A stretch of 64,000 nt of DNA, taken from assembly GCA_001179505.1 (NCBI GenBank), contig CDMY01000613.1, forward strand, positions 249,720-313,719, in the 5' to 3' direction. Below the pieces are notes generated by a model, which worked only from the letters and a program-made list of their open reading frames with translations, searched no databases and had not been told where the DNA came from. Below are positions 34,256 through 45,411 of the stretch, one piece after another (position 1 is the first letter of the stretch; every line of letters begins with the position of its first letter). The stretch comes from Vitrella brassicaformis CCMP3155. Taxonomy: Eukaryota > Protista > Chromerida. The position numbers and the translations under genes are program-made.

Positions 34256-37200
34256 CTAGTCTGTGATAATTGTGACGGGTATGCTGTCATCACGGAAGTC
34301 GACAACGGTCCTATACTCTCCAATCATCGCCTCGACAATACCTTCTGTGGCAACGAAAGCCTCTCCTCGCTGCGCATCCAAGAAGAGTTTGACGGTCGGC
34401 GGCGTGATGGCGCCCAAACCGAGTTTGTAGGGCCTTGTTCTTTTGGTCGTCTTGGCGGGAATGCGCTCCGGATCACTGCGCCAATCCAGACTCGTTCGGC
34501 CAATCTCTCTGATAGTAGATGCACAGCAGTGACAGATTCATGAGCAGACTCCCGCCACAGGGCAGGGGACATTGATTCGTGTGGTGCATGACGTGTTCAT
34601 CACTGACTGTCCATCTGCAAACATAGTTGTGTCGATGTAGAGCAGCAGCAGATCAACAGAGAAGGGGTTTTGGACGATGAGACGAGAGTTGATGTCCGGG
34701 GGCCTGCCTGGAGCTGGCAATGCCTGCGAAGCAGCAGACACGTCAAGCGAGACATCAAGAGAGACATCAAGAGAGACATCAAGAGAGGTACACACAATGT
34801 GTGGCTGACCCCCATGGTGAGTTCTGCGCCCTGCATCAACTCGGCTGTCCCCCCTCCCAGCGCTATCCGTGACTCCCATCGACTCAGCGCCTTCTTCAGC
34901 AGCTGCACATCCGTGCTGCCCTCACTGCCCTTGAGCACCACAGCAATGTCCTTGCCCGACACATATTGCGATATCACCCGCCGAGGGCCCTGAGCTTTAT
35001 CACCCGACACCGTGGGGAATAATCGCACATCAATGGACATCTTCGCCTCTGTGCCGGGGAGCAGGGCCAGCTTGTAGATGGTGACCTCACCCACGTGCAC
35101 CAGCGTGTCTCCACTTTCCGCTGGAGGCACCGCTTCCTCGACTGCACGCGGCGTGGCAGCAAGCGAGCCCCCTTCAGCAGACATGGGGGGAGGGAAGAGC
35201 CGAGGCCGCTCCGGAAGATCCTTCTCGCCAACGTAGATATCCAGCCGCACGTCGCCTAGCTCGGCGCCGAAGGATGCGCCACCCTTGAGACCGATCTCTG
35301 TGCTCATGATAAGGCCATCAGTCCGGCCACCTGAGACGGTGACGTTTCCTACCGCCAGGGAATCGTCGCTGATGCCACCCAAGTCTGCAGGGCGAGAGAA
35401 AAGCACAGCATATCATCAAGCACCAGCCATAGACGTGCTCAAGCCACTCCTTCTTCTGTCTGTCCGTGTGTGTGAGTGCATACGTTTGAGGTCCTGGTCG
35501 ATGTTAATGTTGATGCCATCCAGGTTGAGCTCGCCGAGGTTGGTCGCGACCGCAATCGATGCCTGTCCGGCCAAGTAAAGCCTTGTTGCCCCAGGATCAT
35601 AAAAGACAGCGGCGAGGAAGTCCTCGAAAGCACTCTCCTCACTCTCTGCGACCACGAGCAGGGCATCATCGAAGACTGCTCGGAATCGTAAGGGCTCTGG
35701 GGCTGAGAGGTCAGCTGTGGTGACGGTGAGCCGGCCGATTTGCACCGGTGCATCTTCAGGTTCGCCGTCCATCTCAGGGAGAAAGGCACGAGACAGGTCC
35801 GTGACCAAAGTGACCCGGATTATCTGAGCCAAAAGGAAAACATCACTTGCTTCTCACTCTCCCTGACTATGCACTAACGTCAAAGAAAATGTCGATTCCT
35901 TCCGGCAGCGCAAGTCCCACCGCCACATCGCCCTGCAGCACGGGGCTATCACCCCCCACAAACGAAATGACCAGGCCGCCGATTTCCACGTCCCTCAGGA
36001 AAGACATTCCCGTGCTCGTGAGGAGAGATATTTTCAAGGATATTGCCATCTCTATCGCAGATATGGCCTGCTTCACCCAGTAGGGAGTCGGGGAGTCGTC
36101 TTTCTCCGCCCCCTTAAGTGTAATCGCAACGTCATCACCTGACACGACCGACGTCATCAGGCTGGCCGCCGTAGGGAGGTCAGTGTACCCGGGGGTGAGC
36201 TCTCCGACGATGTTAAGGTTGTTGCCGCCTGAGCTGAGTCTGAGATTGGGTGCGGTGAGACGGGCAAGGGGCTTGTCGTCGACATAGGCATCGAGTTTGG
36301 CGGTCCCAATATCCATGTAGGCTATCAAGGGACCCGTCCGCCCCACCGACTCTGCCCCACCGACCTGCAGGTTGACGGCCGCGTCGAGCTGTAGGCCATC
36401 ACTCGCATCAGACAAGCCCCAATTTTGCAGTCCTCCCTCATCGACACCGACACCAAGGCCGGAGAGAGTGATTTCATTGCGGAAGGGAAGATCGTACACG
36501 TAAATGCGGCCAAGGTCGGACATGACGGAGGCTTCTACCGTCCCATAGACGGTGAGGGGGAGGCCTCCCTCTCGCTTCGCCTTCCCTCCCACAAGGTCGG
36601 CAGCCAGAGCACCGAAAGCCCTCCCTTTGTCGGGGAAGATGAGATCCGTATCCTTGAAGGATAGAATAGCGACCTGCCTGCCGCCTGAGGATTCAGTGGT
36701 GACGTCCACGAGGCCGGTGTCCGCATATCCAATCAGATCGTCGCTCTGATTGAGCTTCATGATCACCCGGACCTGCTGCACTGTGATAGGTAAGTCAGGC
36801 CCTAAAGGCGATTCAACCCCTGCTCGCACAATAGCTTCGAACATAACGGCATCATTCACAGAATCGTCGCTCCCGCGTCGTGCAGTGATGCCAATGTCCG
36901 AGACACGGACGTCACCAAAAGCCCCACCGCTGTCTCCGACCACATCTATGTCGACCTCAATTGCCTGGGCCACCTGCTGCAGCCACTCCGGGCTTGCCCG
37001 CCATGAAGCGGTGTCCTCTAGACGGATGGACTTACCCACCAGCTTCAGAGCTGCCGGTTTACCCCCAATGTACTGCGATACGAACGAGTCGAGAGCGTCG
37101 CGGTCGCTGCCAGTCGTCGGCCGAACAAGTGAGCCCACTACTGCCATCTTGTTGGCGCCTCCCTTGAGTGCCAGCGGCTTCAAGCTGATGTCTCCAAGAA

Positions 37201-40200
37201 TACTGCGTATGGCGTTCTGCCCGGGCGGCATATGTGTCACGTCAAAGACGGTAGTGCCGAAGTTGAGGCTTAACGGGAAGGACTCTGGCAGGGCGAGATC
37301 TAGAGTTGAGACAATGCCAAGTCCGGTCCGGCCGGGGGGAGGATCACCGAACTGAATCTTGTCCAGTGAGGCGCTGGATAGGTCAATGGACCCAGCGTCG
37401 TCTCCCAACAAGGGCAAAATAGTCTCAAGAGGCATTTTTCCGATAGGCAGGGTGCCAAGAATGCTGCCAACCGTCACTGCGGCTGCACCGACAAGCTGCA
37501 GCGTAAGCTGCTGTGCTGACGGCCGGTCTTCCGATAGTAGCAACTTGACCAGGTCGGCAAATGCCTTGCCGTCTTCCTCTACCTTCAGTGTGCCCTCAAA
37601 CTCCCAGCGGATGTTGAGATGGTTTGTGTTGACGCCTGTCTCCCTGTTCATGAGCACTGCAGTCTGTGGTGGCACACGAAGAACGCCGATCTTCTTGCCA
37701 TTTGGCCCTTGAAGATTGCCATTGATGGCGAGCTCTTGCACATCGAGACGGGAATCTGGCCCAAGCGGATCTCTGACCCTAACCACTAGGGCCCCCCTGA
37801 GCTGCACATCGTCGTCCCCAACAGGCTCCAAGCTCAGAGACGAGGCGTCTACCGACTCGACAAGGGAGTCGCCACCCAAGATGCTGAAACACGAGAAGGA
37901 AGGAATGAAGTGTTCCATGTACCATTGAGACTGATCAGCTCACCCAGTAGTCGGCATGGATAATGCGACGCCACTGAGCACCCGGGTCAGCCAAACAGGC
38001 GGTCTCTGCCTCATGGACCTTGGCATGATTTTTATCGTCGCCATGTCATCGCTGCCGAAGAGCGCATTCACCAGCTCGCCAAAGAATGCCTCAGAGTCCA
38101 CCCCCTGGGGCGACTGCAGCATGCCCCTGACCTCCAGACGCGACTCCTTTGGCGCTGGCGCCAGGTTGGTTTCCATTGTTCTGAAATCGCCTATCCTTTG
38201 CGTGGTCCCGCCGACGTCCCGCTGTACAATCCACTGCATATCGGCAAGTCCCAGGCCAATTGGCGCAGGATTGCGGATAGTCAGTGCCACCGAGATCACC
38301 ATTCCGTTCGCACTCTCGCCGGACTGCTGCAATGACCGCGGCCCGCCTTCTTGTGGCTGAGGTTGCAAAAAGCCTGGTGCGATGGGAGTATCGGAGCCCG
38401 AGGGGAAGAGAAATTCCTCGATCGTCAGATTGTGCATCTCGAACAGAGACGTGGCGGCATCTCCCTCGTCTCCTGAGCCCCCCATGGACAGCTCCCTATC
38501 GATCTCCACTTCGCCCAATTGCAAGCGGCCTAATGGGGTGTCGACAGTAGCATCTATCCTCCCGACTAACCGAACAACATCAACAGTGCCAGATGATGTC
38601 TCCTCGCCGACAGAATCGAAGATCCTCTGTTTGAAGGTCACGAAAGTGTCGAGATCGTCCACTACGAGGGGGACGGAGAGCGGGACCGTCACGGCAAGTC
38701 GGCTAGAGCCATCACTCTGAAGGAGACACAATGAGGCAGATGAAGTCCCGCCTTCTGTCGGAGGGTTTCTGCTTACACCATTGACGTATCTCCTATCCTC
38801 CGTCTTGACGGGTGGAGACTCGATCCTCCCTAACACAGGCGCATCGTTTCTTGCTCCATTCACCAGTGAAAGAGACATCGCCACAGATTCGATCACAATG
38901 TCCTGAGATGAGCCCAAAGGGTTGTTGATCACGACGTCAAATGAGCCCTCCATGGGAATGGCAGACAGCTCAGCACCGTCCTGCACTTCGTCGAAGCGCA
39001 AATACAAGTCCTGGGTCTCAACCGATTCAATCAATTCTCCCCCACGGATAGACTCCGTCAAGCTGTCTAGGCTGAACGAAGAATTCCCCGCACAAATGAA
39101 GCCAGGAGACAGACAGATCACGAGGTGTATGGAATGACATGCGTCTCTTATGACCTTGTCATGGTCGTATCGAATTTCACGCCCTCCGCTACTTTCGTCA
39201 CCCAGGCCGGCAGCATCTCTTGTTCCCCGCTACTGGTCCCGACAGGGTAGCCTAGTCGCACCCCTTCCAGTCCAATTCTCAAAGGGGTGGCTGCCAGAGC
39301 CGCCTGTATCAACTCCTGAGCTTGCCTCTCGTTGGCCTCTGTGCGCCATAGGTAGCCCCTAAGCCGCACTTGGTTGTCGCCCGGCTCGAGTACAAAAGGT
39401 GTGTTAATCTCCAGTGCACCGACGTCTTGGTTGCCATATCTCAATGCGCCCAACAGGGTCAGTTTGCCGAAGTCGATCGTCAACGCGAGGGTTGACGTCA
39501 GTGTGATGGCAATCTCTGTCGCAAGCTTGCTCTGAAGGACCGCCACTCTGCCGTATTCCCCAAAAACATTCGCCATTTCGAGGGCCGTAAGGTTGTCGAA
39601 GTCCTCGACGAGACGAAAGTCATCCACACTGACCTGAAGGCTTTCTTTTTGCTGACCATCCTCTGCCTCGCCAGACAGATCGAAATTTGAAGTTACACGT
39701 AATCCGTCGAGGTTCAGCCGGCCCAGTGGAGTCTGCACGTCGACTCTGGCACTACCTTGGATGCCAAGAGGGGCGGCAATCGTGGTCGTACGCTCCATGA
39801 GGCTGCTGACAGTATCGGCAAATAGCGATCCATCTCCCGTGGGGCTGAGAATGCCCTGCAGGGGGAAATCAAGACGGATCTTGCCGTTGTCGAGCACCTG
39901 CATGGACCGACCGACACACAAACTGGACACACTTCCATCCTACAATGTCAGATTGTTATCGGTGTCAGTTCACAACTCGCCTTCTGTTCGATCGCAAGGA
40001 TCTTCGTCTGCTGTTTGACTTCAGCGAAGCACTCCCCGCGTCTCGACAGTAGATTAGCACTCAACTCGAGGTTTTCGACCGTCACGGGCGACCGTTCCCC
40101 CAACGGGTTGACAATGATTACCCCCACCTCAGCTACAACACTTATGGCTCGCTGTGGCTCTGTCAGGCCTCCTAGATCAGCCTGGAGACCGCGTATCGAC

Positions 40201-43200
40201 ACGTCCTCGACCAATTCACCTCCACCCGTCAAATCGCTCAGTGGGGGAAGCTTCGTCTCGATGGCCACCGTGCTCAATGCCTCCTCAAGCCACTTCGGCG
40301 GCCCTCTTTCTTGCACAAAGGGCACTGTCTTGACGATCACGGGAAGATTGCCGCCTTTGACATACTCGCTGAAACGCCGAGACACAACGGCTAGGTCCGA
40401 GGCTGCCGGGTTGAGTCTCCCGGTGAGCTTGATGGGCGTCCTGCCTGGGCGCAGGTAGACCGCTCTTGCCTGCACGATGCCAAGCAGCACAGCCAAAGCC
40501 CGTGCCTGCAGCAGACGTCTGGCGGGATTGGCAGGGCCAGCGTCACTGGAAGGTGGCAGGTACAGTTCGAAGGAGAGGTCACCCAAATATAGCGATGCCT
40601 CCGATGGGTTGAGGATGTCTGCCGTCGCCGAGATAGCAAGTCCCTGATCGTCCGGCGGTGGCCCCTCAAAGACGAACGAATTCAGGTCGACCGATATGCC
40701 CTCGCTCTCCTGGCTGCCCATTGGGAGTGTCATATCGAGAGGTATGGCCGACAGCTGCAGGGGAATATCAAAGTATGTCCGATCCCCATCGTCATTGACA
40801 GTGGCGCTGACGTCGATGTTCATTTCCGCCGTTCCACTCATCCGCAGCAAGGCATAACCCTCCCGAGCAAGGTCGGACACGAAAGCTGCGAACGGTATGG
40901 TCAGGCCTGGCTCGCGAAGGGCTGCATTGTCCAATGCGAGAGCCTCCCTCTCGAGAGTGATGGTGTCATTGATCTGGAAAAGCAGTCTGAGCTTGTCGTT
41001 GCCGTCCACTTGCTTAACCTCTTGGACTAGAGGAGCGCGGCTAGAGAGAATCAGGCGACCGATGGTGAATGAGGGAGAGTCCTCGCTCTCTCGATAATAG
41101 AGTGTGGAGTTGATGGAGACGTTGCGGACGGCGAAGGGCACGTCGGGGCCGAAGGGCCTGATGGCGGTGGCGTCAAGGACACCTGAGATGATGATGGTGT
41201 CTTCATCCACCGGCTCCAGCGACAGGTTGAGAACGTCCACATCTTCCAAGAGCTCATCGCCCAGGCCACTACGAGAAAAGACACACACACACACCAGAGG
41301 AGCATTTGTGTGTTCCTGATGAGTGTGTGACTACATCTTCAATTGGTGCGTACCCAGCCAGACTAAATTCCAATGCCAGCTGATCGACTATCGAACCCAG
41401 CCATGGAGGCATCTTCGTTTGCGTGCCTTGCTTGTCGTCATGGCCAGTCACTTGGATGGGCAGCGATCGACCCTGAAACAAACCTTGTACCAATCTGCTC
41501 ATCTCCTCCGGCACAGTAGACGCTTGCGCGTGCTCATCCGCCGCTATCGGACCTTCCAGGCGTAGCCGAGACACGTCTGGTGCTGGCACGATGGTGGGAG
41601 ACACCATCTTCAGATCGCCGCGAAGGGCCAGTGATTTGAGGTATACATGCAGCGGTAGATCCAGGTCATCGAATATCACGCCGAACTCCGAAGGGTTCGC
41701 TACAGCAACGTCAATCAAGACCTCCATCGTGAGGTCTTTCGTCGCATACGAGCCCCCCGGTCCCCGAAACGGCGATGACGGGTTGATCTCCAGCTTCGTG
41801 ACTTCGAACATGACGAGCTTAGGCCCTAGGCTGTCGAAGAGATTACCTGGCGGGAGGGATGTGACCTCGTCCACCGGCAGGTTGGAAAGGTCGAGGCGAC
41901 CAATGGGCGTATCGACGCTTGCTGATACATTGGCGTTGATAATCAGCCCGACAGGTGCATTCGAAGCTCTCCCACCGAACAGAGTGTCTGTGGCAAAGGA
42001 AACAATTGTGTCGCCGCTCCCGATAAGGACCATATCGCCGATGAGTGGCATGCGTATAGCCAGGTTGTCTGGTGTGCTGGCGTTCATCATGATGGCCTTG
42101 CTGGGGTATGTATTGACGCGCGTGAGAGGGCTGCCGTCGGACCCGCTGATGGTAGCGGCCAGACTGTAAGTCTCCACAATCACCTGCTGTCCTCGAAGGG
42201 GGTTCTGAATCTCGACGTCGAGGGTGATATTCAGTGCCAGCCGATCAGCGATCTCACTGATGGTGACAGTCACGCTGTCGTACTCGAGACTTTGCACCAG
42301 CTCTGAGACACAGCCCGCCGTCTCACTTGTCTTTTTGGTCAGCTCGCACAGGGGTGGAAGCGTGGTGATGGTCTCGAAGGAGGACACAGCGTCATAAAAC
42401 CATTGAGGCCGGCTTGGAATCCTCTCTGAAAAAGTCCACAGTGCGCCCTTCGGTGGCTGGACGATCGCCACTCGCAAAGACAGAGGCTCCTCGCGCAGAT
42501 AGGCTGAAAGCCCTTTAGAGACTGCAGGTAGGTCACTCTCGTCAGGCCTCAAGCGTCCCTCGAGAGCTAGTGTGTTGTTGCCTGGCATGATGTTGACATT
42601 GTACGCCACCAGGTAGCCGAGGAAAGCCGCGCTCTGGAGACGTCTCCCTCTCGACAACTGTGCATCGCCCTCCAGTGTGATTTCAAAGGCAAGGTCCCCC
42701 AGCGAGATTGACGCGTCTGAAGGGTTGATCAGCGTGGCGTTGGCAGCAAGGTCAAGTGCATCTTCCTTGCTGGTGGATACAAAGTCGAAAGCCGACAACT
42801 CGATCGCCAGACCTTTATCGGCCCCACCTTCGCCGGTGTTGCTTCCCAGGCCCGTGAGCTCCTGTGCTGTCTCGATGGTCAGGTTGGGAAGAATAAGTGG
42901 CCCCAGTGCGGTTTCCAGTCGCACTTCAGCGGCACCTTCCTTGATCAACATAGAGACCGACGGCTCAGTCAGGAATGCTCTGGTGAAGGCGCTGAAGGGC
43001 TTCCCATTCTCTGTTAGCGTCATAGTGCCATCGAGGTCGAACTCCAATGGCCTCTCAGCAGACAGGTGGCGGCCCGCGTATGGGTATCCAATATAGCTGG
43101 ACGTCTGCTTGACGATTAAGCTGGACGCAACGTACGGGCCATTGCCATTCAGCCAATCGTACTTGGACATGTCTGCCGCAAACACGCACTGGCAATGCAC

Positions 43201-45145
43201 ACAGTCTATTGGTTATCCCTCTGCAAATGCTCTGTTTACTTGGAGGCGAGTCGCCACGTGCGACTGGCTTGAGAAGGGCGCGCAGCTTGGCGATGCATGG
43301 CTCTCCTGCCGCATTGCCGTCATGGATGGAAGCGGTCATATTCACCTATGTAGCAGAGCACACCAGCAGCTTTGATGATGCGAATTAAACCCCTTGCTTT
43401 TCTTCTCTCTTTCCCTCCTTGCTTTCCCTCTCACCTGATCGACATCTATCGGAGAGTTTTCCCCCAAGGGATTCTCGAACACCACCTCTACCCTGCCACC
43501 AAGGCCAACCGTCGTGCCGCTCGCAGTCGATGGTTGGTCATCCGGGGTTAGGTCGATCCGCAGGCCTTCGAAGGATAGAGATTTGAACACGCCACCCAGG
43601 TTGGGCAGAGGACCGATCGATGGAGAGACCTCCAGTGCTTCGACAGCAGCTGTGATGTCGATACACACACACATGAAAATCGTCTTCTGATCAGCACAGC
43701 CCTCACATCTTTCTCCTTGACCCCCTCTGGCCGTGGCTTACTTACAGTTGAAGACTGTCTTGGTCGTCCCGTTGCCGTCCACAATCACATTTTCTGGAAA
43801 TGCGCCGTCAACCACGGCCGCCACAAATTTACTGATCACCCCCGCCCTCTCCGGAGACCCCTCCCCGGCCACAACCACCTCCAGCTTTCCGTTCATCTGC
43901 CACTTGTTTTGTCCTGGCTGTATGGACGCCTGGCTGGCTTTAAGGGATCCGACAGAGATGCCTTTGTAGACAAGGCTGAGACTGACGTCGCCGAGCTGGT
44001 TGATAGTCAGCTTAGAGGCAGACTCGAATTGGGCGGTGAAGGAGATGTCGACCCCGCCGGAAACCTTGTCACTGCCGTCCATTCTGATGTTTCCGGTACT
44101 AAAGTTCGTCAGAGCTGAGCCCAAGGATGATCCCATTGCTGCACACCGAGTACACATGAAGCCAGAATACATGTAAGAGCTTCTGTCTCGCTATGTTGTT
44201 GAATCGGTCACCATCGGCGTCCAGCGTCCTGTCGAATTCCAGGTCTGATATGCCGATCTTGATCCCAATCAAAGTGATGTGCACTGTGAAGGGCTTAGGA
44301 GCCACCACACGCCACGTCGGCCGGCTCCCATCGCCACTTTCTCGAACCAGCTGTGCGGTAAAGCGATTCCACGCATCGATGTCCGTGATGGTGAAGGAGG
44401 TGTTGAAGGCAAGCGCGGATCGGCTGCCCTTGAGCCGCATCTTTGGCATGGTAAACCTGCCGAGTCTGCTCTCACCGCTCGCCTCCACTCCATACGTGTC
44501 CAGCGAGAGTGGTGGCAAATCGGCCTCTATGTCCGAACCGAAACTGCTGCGGCGAAGCTCGGCATCGATCTTAATGTAAAAGCCGTCTTGTCTCGGTGCG
44601 GTGATATTGATGCTGTCGATGGCCAGCTCACTCGATCCAATGACTGACTCGACGATAGGCTTCAGGCCGACAGTAAAGAAAAGTGCCAGACCCACACCCA
44701 TCAGCAGAAGCAAAGCCACGGCCACAATGGCCGATATACATAAGCAGCGCTGCCATCGATTGCCTCGAAGCGGCCGCGTCAGCCAAGCAATGACTGAGCC
44801 GCCTAGTCTCTTCTTCCCGGAGGGGGAGAGTTCGGTGCGCGAGGATGGAGCAGGTTGCGGGCTCCGTGGCGTAGATGATGGTGATGACGGCTGACCGGCT
44901 TCCAATCTGGATCTGCCCGTGCACGGAGAGGGGGTCGCGGCCGAGCGGTTGGCTGCAGGGCTGGCCGCTGCTGGGGCTGCGGCTGATCTTGCCCAGGACG
45001 TGAAGTTGAGGACGCGTTGGACGACAGATGCGCTGACCGTGGTATTTGTCCGCCCAGTTGATCCCGCATCGTCATCTGTTCTCAATGCGCTCATGGGGGA
45101 TGGCTTTGGCGAATGAGTCTCCTGAAATTCAGCAGGCTGACTCAT
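34256..45145 (-). CDS. Giant (roughly 3200 aa, estimate) type II membrane protein with tandem DUF3712/Tag1-like (LEA_2-like) beta repeats
   Basis: Cytosolic Ser/Pro-rich N-terminus, one TM (CLCISAIVAVALLLLMGVGLALFF), then IVESVIGSSELAIDSINIT. Repeated NP(L/F)G, GD(L/V)xF, PGxN and WL motifs run through ORFs 43738-44172, 41269-43200, 39948-41294, 39148-39930, 37940-39121, 35867-37918 and 34600-35406. The last exon (not in the track) ends EAMIGEYRTVVDFRDDSIPVTIITD* at 34256. Confidence 0.75.
34749..34784 (+). repeat. 12-bp tandem repeat x3 (GAGACATCAAGA), probably intronic
   Basis: Read directly at 34749, 34761 and 34773. Confidence 0.85.
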
Positions 45146-45411
45146 CTTCGGCCGGCTGAACAGACGAAGTAAGGACTGGCTTCGGAAGCTGCGATGAGGG
45201 AACAGACGCGGTCGTGACGGTGCTGTGAGTCAGTCTCGGGGCTGAATGCGGGGGGTCTCGGGAGTGGCAAAGACGGATCGTTACAGCAAATGCCCGAAGT
45301 ATGCGAGAGTGTGCATTTGGAGGGGGAGGGAAGGGGCTCGCGCTCAAGTTGGGGCCGTTCAGGCACGCAGTGGCCCCAAGTTCTGCGGGCAGCTCGCCGA
45401 GCTTCTGGAAA

